A stretch of 64,000 nt of DNA, taken from positions 10,478,001-10,542,000 of the forward strand of contig OU015569.1 in assembly GCA_907165135.1 (NCBI GenBank), read 5' to 3'. The DNA comes from Oikopleura dioica (lineage: Eukaryota; Animalia; Chordata). Shown here piece after piece: positions 13,334-26,518 of this stretch. Position 1 is the first letter of the stretch, and each line of letters begins with the position of its first letter. A model generated the notes under the pieces. The model saw only the letters and a program-made list of their open reading frames with translations, was not told the DNA's origin and did not search any database. A program made the translations under genes and the position numbers.

Positions 13334-13744
13334 CTTTCCTCTCTCTCTCTTTCAAAAAGAAAAATAATGACGATCTCGATTTTTAGCAAAAAAAGCGCGA
13401 GAAACACCCGTTCCAGCGGCCTCCCACCGACAATATGGGCCAATAAATAATTTCGTTCGTTGACAATTATTGATGGCGAGCGGTGTTTCGGTCTGATTTA
13501 CCTGCATTTTTACTGGCACGTACTGGCAGTAACGAGGAAACATACCATTCTCCATCTTTCTCTTTCTCTCTTTCTCGCTCTTTTCCTTCTATTTCCCGCC
13601 GAGATAGATTAGACCGCAATTTCTAAGTAGCCACTTCAAAAGAGCAATTTCCAATTGTCTGCCAGAAAATTTAGAAACCAAGAAATTAACTGCCAAATTG
13701 CTTTTGTCAAACTTTTTACTCAAAATGAAAAAGAAAATATACAG

Positions 13745-16017
13745 TCACAGGTCAACATGAAGGGTTTTTTTAACAGCGGGCTCAAGAATCTTCGCTTGCG
13801 ATCTGTTTGGTACAATTTGGCCTGAAAAATGAGTTATCATGAGATTTGGAAGAAGAAAAAGAATCTTACCAGGTAAAACAGCTTGCTGATCGAGAACCTG
13901 CTGAGCAAGTTGGAAAAGCTCCATCAGCAGGAAACTCAGTGTGGAGGAAACTGTGGCGAAGGATACGTTTCCCCCTATGACTGGCAGCAATTTGAGAAGC
14001 TTGGCGAACTGTTCTTCTTTTTGCTGGACGCTGGCTTGCTTGAGAAGTGATTTCACTCCGTCGCCGCTTTTGATCAGTTTCCAGACGGAGAGAAAGTTGT
14101 CGTCCTTGCGCACTTTCTTGATGTTTTGCTCGGTGAGGCCGAACTGATCAAAGTAGAACTGTATCTCCGTCTTGATCAGTTCTAAATCTGCAACAATTGC
14201 GTACTCGTCCGTTGACAACACCCCGGATGTGGTCGCCATTGCAGAGACAATCCAGATGCGGTCTAACATCAATTCGTATTTAAACCGCAGCATGGCTTTT
14301 CGTTGCGATCAACTTACTTGCTGTTATGCTTCAAGTTCGATTCTTGAACTCTGTTAAAAGCTCTGCTTAAAGTTCGACCTTTCATATCTACCCACACCGA
14401 TTTCATGGAAGCCTACTAAATGACTGTAGTTGTTCACATTCCTATACTCATGGGAAAGAGACTGAGCGCAATCGTACTCGACTTTTCCGATTTCTTCGAC
14501 GACTTTTTTTTCTTGGACCCTTTTTTCGTAGAACTTGTCTTTATTCTTGCCTGAATAAGATCTGTTGCAAAAGTGCTGGCATTCCAGTTTGATGGGAATT
14601 TGGTCGAAATCGCATGGACAGGCCTGACGATGGACAGATTCGACTTGAGTCCGCTGATGCACGATTCCTTTATTTTCAACACGACATCTAAAAAGCTACG
14701 CTAGGTGGCGTTTGGCGGGAAATTTGAAAAGGATAGTTTCGCGCGCTGGGAAAATGAAGTAAACTTACTCTCGTCTTTGCTCTGGCGCTCGACAGCGATG
14801 TCGATTTTGGTGCGAACGAGGATAAATTCTTTCCCGCGGCGGCGGAGCCAACTTGCAAACCAAATGTAGACTTCGGTGAACCAGCTATCCGTGACGAGAA
14901 CGAAAACGTCGATGTTCTCAGCGAGGACAATATTTGACAACTTTTCGCGATCTTTCTGATTCTCCAACAGCAAAAGTTCGATACACTGAAAAGAAAAAGT
15001 TGAGAATTCCGATTCTAAACAATTTACTCTTCATTATTTCTTTACCTGGACGTTTTGATTAACACTACTAGTGAAGATGGTCTTTTGAATTGTTCCTTCT
15101 TGAAGCTTCGATTCTTTTGAATATTCATTGCCGATGATTTGAGCAGCGAGAGATGATTTTCCTGAAAGATATTCTTGAAGCTGTTTCGGCTATTTTCGTC
15201 AATTAATTTGTAATAACTGATTTGTGATAAATAAAGAAGAGTAAGCTAATTTAAAATTTGCCGGCGCGTTACGAGCAGAAGAAAGCTTGTTAGGTCACGG
15301 CTAAATTTAACTGGAGCTATTTTAAAATTCTCTTGTCTCCCCGGCAAGAGCAACTACAAGATCGAGAGCGCGAGCACTGCTGCTTGATTTTCCACCACTT
15401 TGTGCCTGTACCGGTGCCAGCATTTCCAACGATGCCGATTCTGAATGTGCACTTTTTCCACGCCGCCAGAGCCTTGCGCAACATTCTCTGCCCCTTCAAC
15501 AGTTTTCCGGAATCGATCAGTTCTCCCACCGACTTAATCAGCTTCTTTTGACCAGGATTGACTCGCACGGGAAGATTAAACTTAAAATTGGGTCTTTTTT
15601 TGCATCTTATCTTGCTATATTATCTATTACAATATTAAATAATGTTTAATAATATACAAATAAATAATAATAATATTTAATTTTAATTATACAATTATAA
15701 TTTTAATATACATACATATTACAAATAATATTATATCATAATTAATATTATATATAATTAATATATACATATTGATATTATATTCTTTCAATTTGCAAAT
15801 TATGGCTGTCTGCTAGACCCAAACCTCAGAAGGAAGTTGATCCGCCTTAGTTGGATCATTGACGTTATCTTCCACTGCTTTCAACTTTTTTTCCTCGATT
15901 CTTTTCGCCTCTACTTTTTGCCTGACTTTTTCCAGTTTTCGCTCTACGATAGTACAGTAAGATACAGGCGCAAAAAATCAGTTCTTTCATACTTGCTTTC
16001 TCGCCAATGAGCGTCAT
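13745..16017 (-). CDS. Immunity-related GTPase (IRG/IIGP)-like protein, multi-exon
   Basis: G1 GNAGTG|KS is joined across intron 15411-15162. IRG-like blocks: ENIDVFVLVTDSWFTE..RGKEFILVRTKID (G4 TKID), VHAIST, LDRIWIVSAM..VADLELIKTEIQFYFDQFGL, and LLPVIGGNVSFATVSSTLSFLL. Start ATG at 16017 is tentative. Confidence 0.7.
15601..15790. repeat. AT-rich low-complexity tract inside an intron (15581-15824) of the IRG-like gene
   Basis: Almost pure A/T with TATA/TAA/ATAT units. Confidence 0.8.
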
Positions 16018-16843
16018 CGTAAATGGAATTAAATTTTTCTTATGTAAAGTGGTGTAAAAAGAGGAGCTTCTCCAAAAAGCCACCAGGCGGCGCCGGTTGT
16101 TTCATATTTTTAAATACGGAGCTGCTAAATGGAGCCTGGTGGAGCATTGGCGGTCCCACTGAAAACAAAATCAGATCGATACGCCGGCCGGTCCACAAAA
16201 TATATTTCCATTAAAAAATCATCCATACTCACGGACATATAGATATACATGTAGTTGACTAGATAGGCCACGTGACAGAACCGGGCACCCGATTTTCTTC
16301 TTTTCGCGAAAGTATTATTTTTTTAAAAATTATTTTTGAAAGAAAAAATATCGAATAACCTTGGGGCCTGTTTTGGAAACGTCAACTTGCTAACTGCAGC
16401 TTTAGTGACCTTCGTGCTAATTTCCGAAGCTCCTAACTGTAAGTCCCCGGCGCGTGAAGTCACTGAGAGTCTTCGGCGGGTTGAATTTTTTTTTATTATT
16501 TTGATGAGGTTTCCGAAATGGAAACGTCATGAGACGCAAACAACCTTCTCCCCTGGCAGCTTCGCCAGCTTCGAAGAACCAGCTTTTTTCGTCTTGTCAG
16601 CAGATAGTAGAAAAAGCTAGAACTAGAAGACGTAATAAAAATCAAGCAATTCAAAACATATTTTGAAGATTCTAAAAAAAGTTTGCTAAATTTGGCAGCG
16701 CCAAATTTATTTTAGATAATTTGTGTTTTTAGCGATTTTCAGTCGTAAATTGCGTGTTTTTTTTATCGTAATCGATTAATGATTGATGATAAGAAACATG
16801 AACAAAGACAGAGTTTTTCAACTCTGAAAAACAGATTTTTCGA

Positions 16844-17041
16844 TCAATTTTCATGAAAGTTCATGAAAATCGTTGAAAAAAGCTTGACCGCTGGTTTGAG
16901 CAGACCAGACGTTCGAGAGAGAGAACAACAAATGTCTGTTGCTCGACGAGTTCGACGAAAACTAGAAGGTTGATAAGGCGAATGTCGAGGTTTCGTCTCT
17001 TTCTTCTTTGGTGAGGGCGCGCTGGAGCCGCCTCGGCTCAT
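16844..17041 (-). CDS. Possible small orphan ORF (MSRGGSSAPSPKKKETKPRHSPY...)
   Basis: ATG at 17041, 65 aa, basic and S/P-rich. No homology recognised. Confidence 0.2.
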   Translation of the reverse strand: MSRGGSSAPSPKKKETKPRHSPYQPSSFRRTRRATDICCSLSRTSGLLKPAVKLFSTIFMNFHEN

Positions 17042-17957
17042 CTCCCGCTCATTTTTTTTTCTTTCTTCCAAAAGAAAAAAGTGGGCTTCAGAGAGTGAAG
17101 CCAAAAGAAGTTAGAAAAGAAGACACTTTCTAGAATTCTTTTTTACGCCTTTTTACGTCTCTCCCGTTTTGGTCAGTTGTCTTCCCTTTATCGCCATTTA
17201 TCAGAACACGCGTCGCATTTATTTTATCTCCACTTATCAGCGCATTAAACATTGACAGAATTCGAACGAACGATCAAAGAAGAACAGAAAAGGACAAAGG
17301 GAAAGAGAGAGAATCGAACATAGAGAGAATGGTGGACGGATCAGACTCTTCCGTCAGCAGCAAGAGCGATAGAGACAGCAATTATGAGGAACGGGGTCAA
17401 CAAAAGTTACAGCCTAGTTTTTCTAGGGGGCGTTTTTTTGGACATCGAAGAGGGTTGGGGTTAATTTTGAAATACTTATGGGGTTATATAGGGATTTAAT
17501 TATTTTTTTTTTCAATTTAATTTTTTATCAAAATTTATAAAAAAAATTTCTGTGAAGTAAATATTTTCGTAAACAAATAACTGTCGTGCTCGCCTATTTT
17601 TTATCTTTGACGGAATCTTTAACCCGTAGAATTATATTTTCTGTGAAAAAAATCTGAATTGACCTTCTTTTTTTGGTTAATTTTTCGTTTTTTTGGTCAG
17701 AATTTGCTATGGTTGCGTAGAAATAGCGGCTCAAGAAATATTTCATCAGAAGATAAATTATCCCTAAGGCATATTTTCCATTTAGTGTGTTGCCTCATTT
17801 AGCTACCATTTAGTAGGTTCTACTCTTGGTTTTTGACGCAATCTTACTTTTTTTTCAAAAGTGGCAATTTTTGTATTTTGTGTTTTATTTTGATAGCGCG
17901 GGGTTAGAGAATTACGACTATGAATTACTCAGCCTGAAGAGATAAGAAAATAGAGCC

Positions 17958-20089
17958 ATGTCGACCTCGCAGAAGCCGTTTGAACATGTCGCCGCGACAT
18001 TCTATCCGACGCGGGTCTTTAACTTTCCAAAGGTAGAAAAACTTACTATTTTAAAGATAAGCAATTGTTTTCTTTAAAAAGGTTGAGCTGCATTGCCATC
18101 TGGATGGGTGTTTTCGACTTTCTTCAGTGATCAAATTTGCTAAGAAACGATCAATAGGTAAATTCAAATCAATATTGCAAAAAATAGGCATCTTGATGTC
18201 TACCCCCTTAAAAACTCAATTCGGGTTTTTTTCTTTTATGTGAGCAAGTGTTAGTTATTCAGGCACTGGAATTCCCCCGCGTCGACCTTTTCGCGTAGCT
18301 TTTAAACTTGAATTTCTACGTGTTAATGAGCGTAGTGGCCATAATAGTCATCAACAGATTCCCAGACAGTAATGAGCGAACACGAGTTTATTCCTGAAGA
18401 ATTTCTTTAATTCTTCCTTTTCAGAGCTGCCAACGTACGATATCAATGATTTGCGGAGTTACTGCTGTTTGGATGCAGACGAAGACTCCTCCCTGGCGCT
18501 TTTTCTCAAGAAGATGGAACTTTTCGTCAGGGTCTATCAGTAAGTTTGTTTTCAGCCAAGATAATACAGTAGCAGGCATTGTCAGCTGCTTCTCACTTGT
18601 AAGACTACCGTCTAAAGGAAAAAGGGACAGACAGGACGTTATTTAGACGAGAAAACTTCTATTTCAATAATTTATGGTCCTATTTTTGAACTCCGAACTT
18701 TCTAATGAATGAACATTCTTCTGCTGTTCATCCTCATTTTCAGCAAATTTGCTGCAGGGCTCGAAAATTAGGCCCCCATAAAAATGGCATTTACCGTCAA
18801 TAAATTTCATTCATGCGTTATTTATTGAGACCTAAAAGTAAATGGAACAGCCTTTCATGAAAATTATTAAGAGGATCCAAGGAAGCAATCCGTGAACTGA
18901 CCCTGGACGCGATCGAGGATAAAGTCAAGCAAGGAGTCGTTTATATTGAATTTCGATTCTGTCCTCAGGAAATGGTTTATTTCATCTTCATTTTTTCGCA
19001 AATGAGTGAGTTAGAAATAAGCCAAACGGATAGCTTCTTGCAACTGCTCCCGAATACCCAAACGACACAAATCCATGCATCGACGAGTCGCATCCAGACC
19101 AGCTGAGTCCGTCAGAAGTCATGGACACTGTAATAGACGCAGTAGAAGAAGCGAAATCCCTGTTTCCGGTGATTAAAGTTCGCCTGATTCTGTGCTGTAT
19201 CAGTCCAATGCCTGAGATCTCGATGGACGTCGCTCGCCTCGCTGTCAAATACAAAAGCAAAGGGTTGTGCCTAAATCTACGTCCTTCGCGAAGCTTCAAG
19301 CTCAATCTACGATCAAGATAATAGTTCAAATCGATCGCGAAATTTTTAGCCGATCAATAGAGGCGCGATTAGGCAGAGCCCCGTAACAGGCGTTGTGGGC
19401 ATCGATATTGCTGGCGAGGAGGACATAGAGGACTCGCCAGCGTTTAGGCCGCACATCAAAGCTTTCCAAGTGAGCAAATCTTTTGTGGCAAATAAAATAT
19501 AGAAAAAATCATATAAAAAATTTATACATAGTCTTTCTAGTACGCGAAAGAACACGGGATTCATCGGACTGCTCACGCTGGCGAGGCCGGCAGCGCGGGG
19601 TCAGTGCTCAAGGCAAAGAGTTTACTCTCCGCGGAGAGGATCGGCCACGGCTACCACATCAGCCGAGATCCAGATGTCTACAAAAAGATCCTCCGCGACC
19701 AGACGCACCTCGAGTGCTGTCCTATCTCGAGCTACAGAACAGGGGCAGTTCGCATCAAGGAACAACACCCTATCATCCAGTAAGACGCCCTCCTAAAAAT
19801 AAATCTCCTCTAACGCCAAGTCAAGATTCAACCGAGATAAAGTAAATTGCTCTTTGTCAACCGATGATCCTGGCGTGATGCTGACGACGCTGCTCGACGA
19901 CTATCAACTTGTGGCGGACTTTGGACTCTCGGAGAAAAATCTCAAAATAATGGTTTCCTAACTCTAATTACTCTGTATCTAACTGAAGCTGTTTAGAACC
20001 TGAACGCTGCTCGAGCCTCGTTTCTCCCCGAAGACGAAAAAAAGGAGCTCGTCTCGATGTTAAAACAGCATTACGGTCCACTAAACTAA
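17958..20089 (+). CDS. ADA: Adenosine deaminase, multi-exon
   Basis: Motifs PK|VELHCHLDG, VYIEFRFCPQ|LLA, G|VVGIDIAG, HRTAHAGE, ERIGHGYH, LECCPISS, LSTDDP and NLNAARASFLPEDEK cover the metal-binding and catalytic signatures. Stop TAA at 20087-20089. Confidence 0.95.
18190..18211 (-). mobile_element. Solitary TTAA-flanked transposon end in an ADA intron
   Basis: TTGATGTCTACCCCC|TTAA matches the right end TTGATATCTACCCCC|TTAA at 23760-23778. Confidence 0.55.
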
Positions 20090-20535
20090 GTAATAATTCA
20101 ATTCAATCAGTTCATCTCACAACAATTCATATAAATGATAAATAATAGGGTATCAAATACATTCTCAAACCTTAAAACAAATACTGTTCGATACTGTGTT
20201 ATAGCTAGAATGCTATTGACTTTTTTTAAACTACCATTCGCCCTGTTTTCTGTTTTGTCTTTCTTCTTTCCTTCGAAATCGTAGTATGGAAAAATGTTTC
20301 GGTAAAAGCGACCGAAATATTAATCACTTTCAAGGGGTCAAATGTGATAAATATTTCGGCAGGCAGCCGAAAGAATTATACAAATAAGACTCATTTTTAG
20401 GAAAAATATTTCGGTACGAGCCGAAATAAAAATCAGAAATTGATGTCTTTTGAGCAATAAAGTTTCGGCTGGTTTTTCCATTCTCATCCTGATTTTCGAA
20501 ATCTGTCATTTTTTAATGAAATAAACAATGCATTA

Positions 20536-22458
20536 TTATTTATTCGATGTCTGGAGTGAGTTCTGGAGAATTTGGCAGGGGTTAAGTTTTGGATAGTCAG
20601 TGAGCCAGTCTTGAATAATTAGTCCGACGGAGAAGATGCCAAAAGCAAGACCGACGAAGACGACGAGTTGATTTGTTCGTTTCATCAACGTTCCGGAGTC
20701 TTTGGAGAGCTGTAAGCAGAATAGTTGTTAAGCGAAAATTTTTAAAATATTTTTACCTTGTAATGAAGACCAGACGGCATGACAATCATCAGGAGAGTGG
20801 CCACCGTAGCACCGCCGAGTCCAAAGACGTCTTTGATGTTGGGTACATAGAGAACCATGATAATCACGCTCACAAGAATACACACCTAAAATTGTTGAAC
20901 CCGGAATAAGCGGTGATGTTTTACCATCGTTAGGAGCCATATTTTGAGGGAGAACTTAGACCCACCAGGAAGTGCTTCAGTGCCCCAAATTCCGACGATG
21001 ATTGCTTTGCGGCAGGGAAAGTGAAGCACGGGCGCGCTCAGGATCACACAGCAAAGAACTAAGATTCTTCCGAGGAGCGTAAGAGGATCGTTCATCGAAT
21101 ATCCTTGATTTGGCAAGGGAAAAGAGAGGTTGATTATTTTCAACAAAGTACCTGAATACATGACAAAGAGTTCCGATCCGGTGGCATCTGTAAACGTGAG
21201 GTAGCCAAAGCAGGAAGCGACTTTAATCGAGGATGAGGGACTTGAGACTCTTGCATCAGATCAACGAAATAATGGAACGTCTCACAAACTCCTCCTAAGT
21301 ACATGACGAAAACGATGCAAATCGCAATAGTCGAAGCTGAGCGCATTCTCGACGAGTCCTGTTTCAACTCTGCGTAAATCGGCAGCACAGAAGCATGACA
21401 CTGAAAGGCGAAGACCATCGTGGGAATTGCGTAAACGGACGCGAGCGAAAGTGACACCAGCTTAGGTTCGCAACCTAAAAATGGATAAATGGAAAATGGT
21501 AAAGGCTCACTCTGGGCTGGAATGTTGAGATAGAAATCAGCGATCGGCTGTTCAAGTTCGCACTAAAATAGATTCTTAGTGAAGGCCGCTATTACGGTGC
21601 TTCTATCGAGCGAGTTCAAAGTGCGAAAATATGAAATACCCTCGAGTTCGAGAAATCATCGATTTCGGAATTTCGGAAAACTGTTTCGTGCTTTTCGATC
21701 AAATAGGAAGTTGCGTTGTTGATGGCGCAAGAGTCGTTGTTGTGGAACATGAATTGCCAGTACTCGGTTGGCATGCTTGGCTCAAGCGGACAAGGCAACT
21801 CGAAGTATTGGACAACAATTGTTATGGCACAGAAGATCATGCAGAGCATTGCAAAGCCAGAGGTGTAGCCGAGAAAGTTGATGTCCTTGGCAGAAGCAAG
21901 CGGGACGACGATTGTTATTACAGCGATGACAACAAGGAGGTCAGGCGACGTAAACCAGTACGACACACATGGATCGATTCCGATAAGTGCTTTCACGACT
22001 AAAATGAAGGAAGTATATACAGAAAGTGAAGGTAAAGAATCTACCCGATGGAAGCTCGTATTTGACGACCATTAGGAAGCCAACTAAGCAGCCGAATGTA
22101 TGTAAAGTGATGCAAAGTATAACGAACGTCATCCCTCTTTTTCCGAAAGCAGCGAAAGCGATTTCTTCGTACGATCTATGGCCGGTTATGTCACACATTC
22201 GGAGAAGTAGAACGATCGAGTAGAGCGCCACTACTCCCACTACAACAAGCATAATTCCGTAAAGGAGAATTCCAAGAGACTGAACATTCGGGATCCTTTT
22301 GGGCATTAGGAGATGACAGTTACCTTCACAGCAAAAGACAAACTTAACATTCCGGCTCCGACGATCGCGTTCATCAAGTTAAAAATCGCGAAGAAATAGT
22401 TCTTTTTTCTCTCTCTTCCGGAATCATGGAATTCAAAAACTTCCGTTTTCTCCTCCAT
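20536..22458 (-). CDS. SLC38 (SNAT) family amino-acid transporter, multi-exon
   Basis: Motifs AIFNLMNAIVGAGMLSLSFAVK, RSYEEIAFAAFG, YELP, VPLASAKDINFLGYTSGFAM, AIPTMVFAFQCHASVLPIY and APVLHFPCRKA; many hydrophobic helices. Stop TAA at 20538-20536. Confidence 0.9.
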
Positions 22459-23392
22459 GATTTTCTCTATCTTTCGTTATCAATTTCGATTTTCTAAAAA
22501 AGACAAGTCTAAAAAACTTTCGAACAATTAAAAAATTCACAGTGTGGGTGTGATAACAAAACCTGATAAGATTTGATAGTGTGTCAAAACTGTTATCAGT
22601 GCACGTATCAGCATTTTTAGCACGACGAGCGTGACCTTTTTTTATTAACCTTTGATTCTCAAATGCAATTTCTCAAGTTAGTAGATGAAAATTTAAATGT
22701 TTATAGTTTGCAGCGAAAACAAACAAGGGGAGCAAAAGGGAGCAAGAACTTGATCTAGAGAGAAAGAGAACTTTAATTTGACCCGAGTTTTATTATTGAC
22801 TGCTGTGGATTAAGGAAGTTAAGCCATCCGCATAAAACTACCGGCTATAATTGTGCCTCGGCGCTGCCCTTGTTTGGTGCAAATTGCCTCCATCCGGATA
22901 TTTTCTTTTCATCATCAAAGAAACTGTTTGTTTCGCGTCTCATTTACGGGGGATTGATTCTGGGCTTGACAAGTCCACTCTTCTTTCTTTACTGTATATT
23001 TTTTACTCAAAGTCAATATTTTTTCAATATTCAGAACGGCTGTTTGTAAATCAGATTTTCGGACAGTCCCCTATCGAGTAATAAATAAATGAGCAAGATT
23101 CATTATTGACAGTTTTAGTAGTTTGAGCGGAGGGGATTTCGAAGCTCGACTTCTCAGCTCAATATATTTTGACGGAGGAATTTCACCTGTTCCGCTTGTT
23201 TCCCAGCCCTTGATCTATTTTACCTCCGCGGCTCTTTCCTTCTTGGAGGGATTTCCTTTGTAAACTTCTTTTGAATGGGTACTTGGATCTTTTATTTCGA
23301 AGTTAGAGTAGATTGGTTTAGTTTTTAGGGTACTTTGACTTTCGATTTTGTCGATTTTGTTATTAGAAAAAGTGATAATGAAAAATGAAGCT

Positions 23393-23774
23393 AGTGGTAG
23401 ATATCAAGAATAGCCATTTTCCGTCAGACTTTTCTCCCAAAGTTAAAACAGTAACACCCTTATTTTACTCTAGAAACAAAAACTTTAGACCTTTTTCTAT
23501 TTCCTATGGAAGCCGAAATTTCGAATTTCAAAAAAATTTCAACAAAATTTTTCGGCAAAGATCGCTAACTTTCCTAAAATGGTCATTTTGGCGTTAATCG
23601 GAGGTGCCAGATTTGGATTGTAGCACCTCGAAAGCTCAAGAAATCTAAATTTTTGGCTTCCATAGGAAATAGAAAATGGCCTGAAATTAATTTTGAGCAG
23701 GAAAAATAACGGGTCACTATGTTAAAAATTTGAGAAAACACTGACGGGAAATCCGATTGTTGATATCTACCCCC
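23393..23774. mobile_element. Kolobok-like (TTAA, GG terminus) MITE with ~135-bp imperfect inverted arms
   Basis: The left arm GGTAGATATCAAGAA..TTCTATTTCCTATGGAAGCC (23396-23529) pairs with the right arm GGCTTCCATAGGAAATAGAA..TTGATATCTACCCCC (23640-23774), which is followed by TTAA. The left terminus is degenerate. Confidence 0.75.
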
Positions 23775-25170
23775 TTAAAAATCCGCGCGAAAGAGCCTTG
23801 GATGAAAATATAACCATTTTTCTAATTAAAAATGCAGTTGCATGCATTTTTACTGCGTCTTGTTATTATCTCGTAAAAATTTCATTCTTGGCGGAAGATC
23901 ATTGCCACCTGCAGCCCGCGGCCTCATAAATATTCAAGCATGATTTTAGCGAAAAAGGAAGAGAAAGCCAGTCTCGCTGGTATTTCCACTCGACCTTGCT
24001 TGCTTGCTTGTCGGCTTGTTTATTATTTGTGTTCATTCTTTTTTAATGCTAATTTTGATGCGGCTGCGGTTCGAAAACGCCTTGACATTTTTGGACAAAA
24101 AGAAGAGTCAACAGAGTCAAGGTCGCCTCAAGAATCACTTCCGGGAGAAAGTCCTCCAAGTTGCGCTTTTTTGAATTTTGAAATTTTGACTGAAAAGAGC
24201 ACAAGGACCCTAAGTGCTTATGCCGCAGCACTTAGCCGTCTCCTAGGCGTCTTTACTAAGTGTTTTCTATTATGGCCAATTTTGGCGTTTTTTTTCTTTT
24301 CCGAAAATGCAATTTTTTCAAAACGAAAATTATTGAAGAAATTATTGTTTGAATATTTTATTGACTAAAGGAAAAAAATAAGAGGGCACAGTAAAAGGAA
24401 TTTTTCGGAAGTTTCTTAACTCAAGAAATTAAAACAGACATTTGGCACGAACGATTTGGAGGTGAGCTCTGTTCCAAGCACATGCGTTTTCCCAGCACAT
24501 TCTTTTTAGTTTTACCCGGTCAAAAGGAAAACGGAAATCTTCCTCAAACACACGAATTAGGAGCTTCCAGCACCAATAAATGGTTTTACCCGGTCAAAGA
24601 GGCCTCCATCAACTGATAAATGACTGGTAATGAATTTCAAGCTAAGGGGCTAAGTTGCCAAACCCTGTTGAACTTGGTTCGAGAAATCGAAAAGTCCAAA
24701 TCGATTCGCAAGTAATCTACTTTCCAGCCACCTGTGCAGGTTTTACGCCGTTTATAACGAGCTCGATTTGGTGTTTTCGGTTTTGAACTTTGGATTCAGA
24801 GCTTGGCAACTAAATAAAATGGAATGCACAAAGAAAAAAGTTATACAAGTTAGCGGTATGAAAAATTAATGTTGGCAATAAAAGAAGAAGACCAATCTTT
24901 CAGCTATAAAACTAAAACTAAAAAAGTCAAAAAAAAAGAACTTAGAAAAAATTTTTCAGTTTCGACTTTTTTAATTTTAGATTTAATTTTAGAGATGAAA
25001 AAGTTAAGTAAGAACTTTCGAGGTAAGATGATGTACGGGTCGGTAATCGGTTGTTTGAAGTACAAAATTAAAAAATTAAGAAAATTACGGATTTGAAAGA
25101 GGAAATTGAGAGGAAAAGTTAGTGAAGAAAAAATAGCAAAAATGTGATAGTGTTATGCTTCCCCTTACAA

Positions 25171-26518
25171 TCAGGCGAGGGTGCGTCTTCTTGCGCCGGA
25201 ATTGACCAGAGAGAGGGAGCGGGCCGTGGATCCTCGAGTGCGCATGCCCGGTGTTCCTGGCGAGGAAATCATGATCATGTCGTCCAATTTCTTCAGCGCC
25301 AGGGACTTGGGCGAGAGGCGGGTGGAGGTCTTCTTGGTCGGCGAAATGCGCGTGCTTCGGCGGCTCGGCTCGAAGATGTCCGTGATTCGACGTTGCTTGC
25401 GAATCGCTCGCACAGTAGTTCGACCAGTCTGATTGACACTCGCGTCGGTGACTCGTCTGTGCTTGCGTGGCTGTTGCTCTTCGGGCTCTGCTGCTTCTTC
25501 GGGCACATCCCTGAGGACAGGCACAATTGAAGCAGGCGTTTCTGATCGACGCTTGAGCGAGGTTCGACGAGATGGAGTAGTCGAAGGAGGAGCCATGCGC
25601 GATTTGCGAACTCGCTTTTCTGGAGCACTGGGAGGACCATTCTGGACGATGTTCTTTCGGTCGGAGAGGACGGAAGGTCTGAAGACTTTTGGAACTTCAG
25701 ATTGGCTAAAAGATAAATGTTAGAAAAGAGAAGATGGTTTCAAAGGGCTGGGGATTCTAAGTTGCATTTATCAAACTCAGAGGGAGGCGACTTTATTTGA
25801 CTAATTGAAGGCTAATTCTGAGGCGCTTTTTGAGCGTGCCGACAACCAAATGGGCTTTATAAATAATCGTAGCGTCAGAAAAGCCGATAACGAATATTTT
25901 AACGTTTAGACGAAACAATAGGTTGCCATCTGGCTTAGAATCGATTTCCACTCAATGGAGACAAGCTCCACTCTGGCTCGAGGCCTGTGTCGTAGAATAG
26001 TTTAGAAATCGATAATGTTCGCGTTCGCTCAACACACAAGGTCACGTGGACGCAGTCTAATCCCTCACAAGAATAATAAACGCACTTGTCAAGCTTCAAT
26101 TGAGCCTGTCAAGCTCAATTCCACTTATCAAAATATTTCTAGGGGCGAGATAGAAAAGCTGACAAACCTGACTTCCTCCCACTCGAATTTTTCGTCAATC
26201 GACATAATCGGCATATCGTATTTGAAGGAGAAGTTGTACTTGCGCTCCATTTCCTGAAATACGTCGTAAGGCAAAGTAGAGGGGATTTGAAACCGGCTCA
26301 AAGAGTAATCTTTCGGGATTTCGAAAATGTTCCAAAAAAAAAGAAGCGGTTTGAAATCAAGGAAGAGGACTGGTGCTTACCTGTCTATCTTTTTCCATTT
26401 GTTCTTCGTACAGTTTCGTGAACTGATCTCTATCTTCTTGGGTCGGGGAGCCGAAGAGATTCCGTCGGACTTTCTGAATATTTCCCCGGGGGATGATGTC
26501 TTCGCGCTTCATGATCAT
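25171..26518 (-). CDS. Cip/Kip family cyclin-dependent kinase inhibitor (p21/p27-like), 3 coding exons
   Basis: CDI domain KVRRNLFGSP..EQMEKDR|QEMERKYNFSFKYDMP..KFEWEEV|SQSEVPKVFRP. The C-terminal disordered tail holds KQRRITDIFEPSRR. TGA at 25173-25171. Confidence 0.88.

Noticed and set aside
14294-14445. Apparent frameshift or stop in the IRG-like gene
   Set aside because: A single intron from a phase-1 donor after FPM to AAAAG|CC ATG restores the frame, so pseudogene status is not supported.
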